A DNA stretch of 61,272 bases, counting the filler. It is 7 parts of 7 records of this genome, joined end to end, with 100 filler letters (N's around TTAATTAATTAA, not from the genome) between each part and the next. Parts side by side here need not be neighbours in the genome. Positions count along the whole stretch, not along the records: positions 46,461 to 54,738 come from SRR2962707_3712; positions 54,839 to 61,272 come from SRR2962707_3715; 5 more parts are not named here. One strand, given 5' to 3'. Positions 54,247-61,272 of this stretch are shown here, in pieces. The stretch's first letter is position 1. The number at the start of each line of letters is the position of its first letter. The notes below the pieces were generated by a model. That model searched no databases. It saw only the letters and a program-made list of their open reading frames with translations, and was not told the origin of the DNA. The translations under genes were made by a program, and so were the position numbers.

Positions 54247-54738
54247 ATGGCAAAAGTTATGAACACACAAAATATTGTGACCCCGTCAGCAGAAGGCATC
54301 GCCGCGTCCATCAAGGCCGCCAAAGGCCGAGGTCTGCCGCCTGTGGAAAAGTGGAATCCGCCGTTCTGCGGCGATCTGGACATGCGCATCGCGCGGGATG
54401 GCACCTGGTTCTATCAGGGCACCCCGATCGGCCGGTCGGCGCTTGTTCGTTTGTTTTCAACCATTTTGAAGATGGAGGACGGTAAATATTTCCTTGTGAC
54501 CCCGGTTGAAAAGGTCGGAATCACCGTGGATGATGTGCCTTTCCTTGCCGTCGATTTCGACGTTGCCGGGGAAGGACAGGATCAGATGCTCAGTTTTCAG
54601 ACAAATGTCGGTGATACGGCAGCCGCGGGACCCGAACATCCGATCCGGGTGCTAAGAGACGACGCAACCGGGGAACCATCGCCCTATGTGATGATCCGCG
54701 CTGGATTAGAGGCGCTGATCGACCGCAAAAGTTTTTAC
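54247..54738 (+). CDS. DUF1285 domain protein (3' truncated)
   Basis: [55 protein letters not shown]. Confidence 0.9.
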
Positions 54739-54838
54739 NNNNNNNNNNNNNNNNNNNNNNNNNNNNNNNNNNNNNNNNNNNNTTAATTAATTAANNNNNN
54801 NNNNNNNNNNNNNNNNNNNNNNNNNNNNNNNNNNNNNN
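54739..54838. other. artificial contig linker
   Basis: N44-TTAATTAATTAA-N44. Confidence 0.99.
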
Positions 54839-54858
54839 GAGTGAGTGAGTGAGTGAGT
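54839..54858. repeat. (GAGT)n microsatellite at the contig start
   Basis: gagtgagtgagtgagtgagt. Confidence 0.85.
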
Positions 54859-55905
54859 GTGGGAGTGTAGTGAGTGGCCGCTCACAAACCCCTCAAAAGG
54901 GAGAGAAAAAAAGCGAGCTTATTTAATACAGGGTCTTTTTTAACACTATAGTTACACACAGAAACCACACTATTACAGTGGTAATCATTATGTCAAAAAG
55001 TGCCCTACAACGGATAGCCTTTCAGGGAAGTAAAGGCAAAACCAGACACAACTTTCCAATCCTAGGTTGTGGTTTTTTAAACCATCCAATAGCTAACTTC
55101 AAGAGAGTATGAACAAGATAATTTAACGAACCGTGTATCACGCGTCTAAAGTATTCACCACTTCTATTTTTGGCTTTTTTACTTTTCCTTGTTTTGGTGT
55201 CCACCTGGCGGTTGTTGAAGGACTGGCTGGTGTGACCATACGACCCAAAAGTGCTATGAAGCAAAATTACCAACTTGCTACCGGAGATTCAAAGGTCACT
55301 GTTCGAAAAAATCAGCCTTCAAGGTTCTATTCTCAACCACCGCTCTCACCACCACCTGTGCCTGTGGGGTTTGCTTGCTGCTGCTTTCTCTTCTTTGGGC
55401 TCCAGTGAGTGGAAGAAGATCGTGCAAGTAGAAACAAAACACCAAGACACTCACTGCTCCTCCTCCTCACTCAACCAACCAGTCGACTCCCCGACGTATG
55501 GTCGTACGAAGTCGGTCCACGAAGTCCCAGGAACCAATAGCCTTCGAAAGTCTCTTCATAACCAGAGTCGCATGAAGTCGCGTGAAGTTTTCCGTGGAAC
55601 CGAACCCAGGAGGTCTCACCAGGCGCCTGCAAGTAAGTGTCGTCACTCTTGCTTCGTTATTTACTGAAAGGGCTGGGTGCTGCCCCCTTGGTTTCAGAAG
55701 ACGTCGCGACCTACTCGTAGCCGAACGTCCTGTGTCGCTAGATTCTGTTTTTGGACTTTCCGCTCTGTGGCGGTTGTGCAAACAAACATTTTTTTTCTTG
55801 CCACGTCACTCCACTTCGGTCGCGGGCTCGGCCACTCCTCGAGTTGGAACCATAGGATGGATGATCAACTAAGTGCCGTGTCGTAGTGGAAGTTGGTGAA
55901 CCACC

Positions 55906-58900
55906 ATGGACACCCAGTCCGATATTCCCGTTGCTGGCGGGTCGGGTGGTGAAAGGAAGCGAGGCAATGCTTTCTGGATTCGTCACGGTGAAAGCGATAG
56001 CAACGAGACCCGCATCTACGCGGGTGTTGTTGACAGCCGCCTGACCCCGGTTGGTGTCCTCCAGGGAAAAACTGCCGGACTGGACATGAAGAAAAAGCTC
56101 GTCGATGTAGGAATCAAGATCGACGCAGTCTTTGTTTCCTACCAGTCTCGAGCGTTGGAAACGTACCGTGAAGCACTGCGTGCCTGCGGGGGTGCCGAAA
56201 GCCTGCTTCGCGACGCAGCAACAGCGCCTGAACTGCGGGTTGACATCGCAGAACGCAATTTCGGAGTCCTGACCAGAGGAAACTACTCGATGCTCATGCG
56301 CGTACTTGGATACGATCGTTATCAAAGCATTTTGCACAGCCGCGAAGAGTCCCCGCTCGGCGGGGAGGGAATGCAAAGCATTTATGAGCGCTGCCGCCGT
56401 TTTTATCGGCGTGTAGTGGAGCCGCGCTTGGACAAAGGCGAGAATGTCCTCGTCGTATGCCATTCCTACGTGCTGATGGCGATGGCTTATGCCGTCGCAG
56501 ATCAAGATTTGTCCAATTTTCGTTTTTTCAAAGTACCGAATGGGCAAGTTTTGGACAATAGGGCACTGGTTGCAGAGATGGACCGCGAAACCTCGGGGTT
56601 TAAACGACAGCTGACCGTTGCTGGAGACTTTGCCTCCATGCACACATTGAAGTGGTCGGTGGCGTCGTTTGCAGTCGCATTTTTCATCAAAATTGTGTGT
56701 CCACCGTTTCAAGTGGACACGACCCTTTTCCAAAGCCTCATCGTGCTCCTTCTCGCTGCCGGCAGCTTTTACATCTACCTGGAAGTTAATATGGGAGTTG
56801 TGTTTCGAAAAACGTCGTGGCCCGTTTGGGCAGTATTCTTGATTGCGGCCATCGTGCGATGGGCTTGTGCACTTGGCGTTGTTGCTGCTGATTCTGAGGT
56901 CTTTGGATTCGTGACTTCAAACGTGACGAGCAACTCCTCCGCAGCTGATATCGACGTTGCGGAAGAGGCGGTGCTCTTTCGGTACGGTGTGCGCAGGGGG
57001 CGGAGACATGATGTCCTCAACGCTGTGTGCCCATTTTTTTCCCCCGGTTCTTTCATGTTGCTCTCAAACGCAGTTTGTGGTTGACGCCTTGCAGGTACCT
57101 GATCGCGCATTTTTGCGTCTTTCTTCTGGTACCACCTGCCTTAACAACTGTTACTTTGTCTCAGAGTCTTGGTGGGTTCTTGTACCCCACTGCGGCTTTG
57201 AGCACGGTTTTTTCCGTCGTTATGCCTCTGGGAATGATAGTTGTGGCCAGTACCTTTGATGATGCAACCGAATTTCTTGCCGTTGGAGACATGCCTTTTT
57301 TCTTTGTGATTCTCGCTGTTGGCTATGTCGTTCCGATTGGGCTTGCACAATTGTGGGGACGATTGCGCCCCATTCAGAGCAAAAAGCACGTCCAGCATTG
57401 GATGGTTGTAGCGAGTGCTGCTTATGTGGCCATGGCGTTTCTCGTTGGACTTGCTTTCACTCCAACCACCTTCTTGTTCGACCTGAGCACTGTAATTTTC
57501 TTCGACGTGGTCAACACATCCACCATCGAGATGTATAGTGGGGCTGGAAACGTGACCGTATCGAATGATTTCGTCTCGACTGCTTTCTTGCTGCCGCTTT
57601 TGCTAGCACTGGCAACGAATGTTGCCGTGCAAGTTCTGGGTGTAGTGTCGCGCTGGGCGGCATCGCGTTGTGATCGACGCCGAGTCAATGAGATGGCGCA
57701 GTTAGATGTGTAAGGCTTTTGGGCACTGCCGATTTTTTGTTTCACCGTGACTTCGCGAACCCAGAAAATCATGTCTTGACCGGTGACTGTATTTTCTTGC
57801 GTCGCACAGGTATTTACTCGTCACGTCTCCGAACCTTTTTCTGTGGATGTCAGTCACTTTTTCAATGGATCAGCTTGAAGAGCCAGTCCTGCTGGTTGCG
57901 AGGCGCAACGTTTTGCGAGAGTACATATTCTTCTGGACTGCAGCCGTTTTCTTCTGCCTGCCAGCAATTGTCGAGGCTGTGCTCGTATCTCGGTTTGCTC
58001 GCACTATGCTGACTGGATCCCTCGGGAAGGCTCGTATGACAACGACCGACATTAGATCGCTTTGGCACGAAGTGCTGCAGCGCGTCGAAGCAGCTGCGGA
58101 ATCACCAAGCAAATTGGATGGACTCAGCGCTGCCAATCGGGATGAACAACGCTCTCGTTGTGTGAACTATGCCCAGCTGCGAATCGGCAGCAATGGTGGT
58201 GGCCTCCGGCGCGGGGGTTTTGGTTTGAACCTCAACTCGCTCCGTAAACGGAGAATTATTGTGTCAGACAGCAAGGCAAAGCACCGAGAGCCACATCGAG
58301 CAACTGTCGAGGCATTGGAGCTTGGAACGACTGACTGTGGCCACATTGCCCTTACAGCCAACTTGCAAGCAACTGCGGACGGCGACGACGCTCTGGTAAG
58401 AGGAGCATTCCTTCCTTGGCCTTTGATTTCGCTTGTGAGAGTTTGTTCGCGATTTCGAACGGCCATGGTTGCCTTCGACCTTCAAAGCCGCTTACTGTTG
58501 CTATTGCGCATGCAGGTATGGCTGCGACAGGAACATATGCGATGCCTTGTCGATCTGATATATGAGAGGGTCAGTTCAAGCATGCTGCGGCGTTTGTGTT
58601 TTTTACCTGCTCTGCGGGTTGGTTGGGTTGGACTGAGATTTTGACAATACCAATGCAGGTGAATGGGAACTGGTTTCCACCCGCAGCGGAGCGGTGGGTC
58701 ACCGCCGAGCACCTGGCTCGCCGTATGGCGAGCTGCAATGGGCCAATCATCCGACGACGCGCTGGCAGCGAAGATGAAAATCCATCTCCGCACAATAAGC
58801 GTGACGGTGATATTGTGAGCAAGGCACAATTCGAAAGGTAGTGCTGCGCTTTTCGTTTGGCATGGAGAAATGCTTTTCGTGAATTCTTGGTTGGCTCCGT

Positions 58901-58987
58901 TACATGTGCATTTGGATGTGTTGGCTGGCTAGATATTTTCGGACCTACGGATTTTGTCTGGACTTCAACACAAACGTCGATATTTAA
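55906..58987 (+). CDS. histidine phosphatase (dPGM-like) - ~10-TM BASS/Acr3-like domain - EF-hand-like fusion protein (~854 aa, 6 exons)
   Basis: Manual model: exons 55906-56981, 57095-57709, 57810-58395, 58516-58569, 58659-58837, 58933-58987; 2565 nt, all GT-AG and in frame. RHGES, SRA.ET, AERNFG and VVCH motifs, then about 10 hydrophobic helices. Confidence 0.75.
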
Positions 58988-59070
58988 ATTTAGGTAGAAA
59001 CAAACGAGAACAACTTCCATGATGCAGGTGTTCACGGCTGTGGGTTTCGTTCGTCTAGATCTCGCATCAT

Positions 59071-61153
59071 TCACAGCGTCTGCATAGAGTTTTGAGGCAC
59101 GACAGCAAAATGAACTGTGGTGATTGTTCAAGTTTGGGATGCAATTGAGATTCTTTGTGTTGAGAACACATACCTGATACACGTCTCCACCTTCAGTGTC
59201 AAGGTCAACCCCGAGTTTGCGAGTGCCATATCTGGTCGTCAAACGGGACAGTTGGGTTAAGTCAGTGGGAAGCGAAAAACGAAGTGTGCAGACAATATTC
59301 GCCCTCGGGCCGTCAATAAGCGGCGTGCGCGAAGCATGCCTGCCTCAAACTCACAACACTAGGCAGTCTGGCAACTTACTTTCGGTGCAAAAAGATGCCA
59401 CCAACAACAACAAGACCAAGTGCTAACAAGCCACCAATGACCCCACCTACGACAGCGCCTGTGATACAGTTGCCCATGCACAGCACAACGAAAGAAGGAA
59501 GACGGCATGACATACCGGTGGAACGAATGTGATTGCCAATACACACCGCATCGTAAAAAGCAGCGGAACAAACCTGCAGTGTTTTCGAACGTAACAGGCT
59601 GCTGAGCGGATGCCAGATCAGCTGTCGTCGTTGGTGGTGGTTCGTTGGTCACATCACCGCCACCAGACGTGATGTGGCATTTCAAGTAGAGGTTCAATCG
59701 ACGGCCTAGCGGTGTAACGATTTGAGCAGAATTGAAATTGTACTCAAACGCTCTGATGCACGAAATAGTAAGCTTCGCCAGGGTATGTTTGGCCAACGTA
59801 CGGGTCGGTTGGCAAAAGAGATCACCCGTGGCGGCGGATGTCATACAAGTGCCACTTTTGGTATCATTCGTCAACGGATCAATAATCGTGCAGGCCTGAA
59901 CGAACAGAGGTAAATCAGATTTGATCAACCAAAGAATCCGGTGTCAGACCACTCAAACGTCCACAATACACATGCATCGTACTTCGTCGGTCGTCAACCC
60001 GGCGCATGCGATGAACTCTGGGTTCTCAGCTTCGCCAGGAGCGGGATTTCCACCACCATCACTCTCGCACATGAAGTACGCGTTGCCGCCTAGCAATGAC
60101 CAAAGGTGTTTCACTCCCAATAGCGCGCAAAGTCAAACCCTGCAAGCAGCCACAGTGCATTTAGTGATGATAAACGCACTTTTTGAAACACAAGAACCAG
60201 TCACCGTTGTTTCAGAAGCGTCCGTGTACGAGCACGGGTCCTGTAGAGCAATGGCCAAGAATCCGTCAGAGTTTGGTTTGGCCCTGTGAATAATCTACTG
60301 GATCGAGAATTATTGAACGACAACAACCAAAGCTGCATCCAAAACTCACTCCTGGGTTCAACCATCCTGAGGATCCATCGGTTCGGTTGACAAGGCACGC
60401 TGCTTCCGCGGGTGCAATGGCCGCTGCCAGCAATAAACGACATGCAAAAGGCGCAAACCTCTGTTCAGTCCACAGCACAAAAGCAAAAAAAACTCAAATG
60501 GATGTTCCACAAGACGCTCACCAGCATCGATAGGAGTCCTCGTGGTCGTAATTCTCTACGCATTCGATGAATAGTTGCACAAGTGAGAAGAAAACTAAGC
60601 GTCGGAGATCGGTTGCATTCTGCAAATCGTAGCCACGCAAAAAACACGGTGTGCTCACACGTACAGGGCCAGCAGTTACTCGAGCTTGTTCGCACTTCAA
60701 TGCCTGTCGCGAACGAAAAAATAAAGACACAATGGCGCAATGGCCATGTGCCTGGCGAGCTCAGAAAAGGAGGAAACATGGAAACATGGATTATGCACGC
60801 ACAAATACATAAGCTGACCACGTACCACGCCGCCATCCTCGCAAAATCCGTTTATCTTTGCACCGTCGGCTTTGGTGATAACGCAGGCGTCGCCAACGCT
60901 CTTCGAGTCACACACAGTCTCGTCTGCCGTCTCTGACTTGCCGTCCGGTTCGCAGACCAGTCCACTGAACCCAACGACTGTGGACGTCCGGCAGATGCCT
61001 TCAACATCAAGCTGCGTCGTGTCATCCAAAAAGTAGCACTTTTCCCCGGGCGTGAGTGTGAGGCACACCTGGTTGGCCGGGTTCGGTGGTTCAGTTTGCG
61101 AAGGAGCTTCGGTGGCGGTCGCCGTCCACACGCAGGTCCCGTAAGCAGCGTAT
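59071..61153 (-). CDS. multi-exon type I membrane protein with tandem 4-Cys modules (5' end outside the window)
   Basis: Repeated C-x-G-xx-C...G-x-C...L/M-x-C units across several exons. TM exon GAVVGGVIGGLLALGLVVVGGIFL (~59380-59459). Tail exons give HRKYGTRKLGVDLDTEGGDVYQ|TL* (stop 59071-59073). Confidence 0.65.
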
Positions 61154-61272
61154 CTACAGGGCGCACGAGCAAGTACAAGTGTCAAACAGCAGTGCGCTAG
61201 CAAAGTCGCTCTCAAGAAACACGCAAACAGACAAACACGCACGAAAACAAACAACGCAAAGCAACAACAACA

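Noticed and set aside
55022-55886. Several short overlapping ORFs upstream of the phosphatase fusion gene
   Set aside because: No consistent splice chain or domain signal; probably UTR or intergenic.

Overview
This window is not one genomic locus. It is seven unrelated contigs joined by six artificial 100-nt linkers (N44-TTAATTAATTAA-N44). Three contigs (1-7085, 7186-15481, 54839-61272) are intron-containing eukaryotic DNA, probably from a protist and possibly a stramenopile. They encode a ~1829-aa secreted FN3/Gly-rich/Kelch/P-domain mosaic protein, a myristoylation-motif PDZ-like protein, COG5, a histidine-phosphatase/10-TM/EF-hand-like fusion, and a Cys-repeat type I membrane protein. Four contigs are bacterial. 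Two look Rhodobacteraceae-like: 15582-28737 (two ABC transporters, TauE, GntR, non-canonical GGT) and 46461-54738 (glcF end, ibpA with RpoH promoter and ROSE element, MoxR-DUF58-BatA/DUF4159 operon, DUF1285). One looks Rhodospirillales-like: 28838-39190 (secA, accA, mcl, parvulin PPIase, argJ, mutT, 17-kDa lipoprotein, CinA-like, Prx-like, bluB, partial tRNA-Leu). One is a high-GC gammaproteobacterial, Alcanivorax-like contig: 39291-46360 (liv-type ABC plus pimF/C/D-like beta-oxidation genes). The most unusual observations are (i) the eukaryotic phosphatase-BASS/Acr3-like transporter-EF-hand fusion, (ii) the nested and apparently circularly permuted domains of the giant secreted protein, and (iii) the GntR-controlled ABC + non-canonical GGT + TauE module. 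All gene models and taxonomic calls were made by eye; no database search was run.
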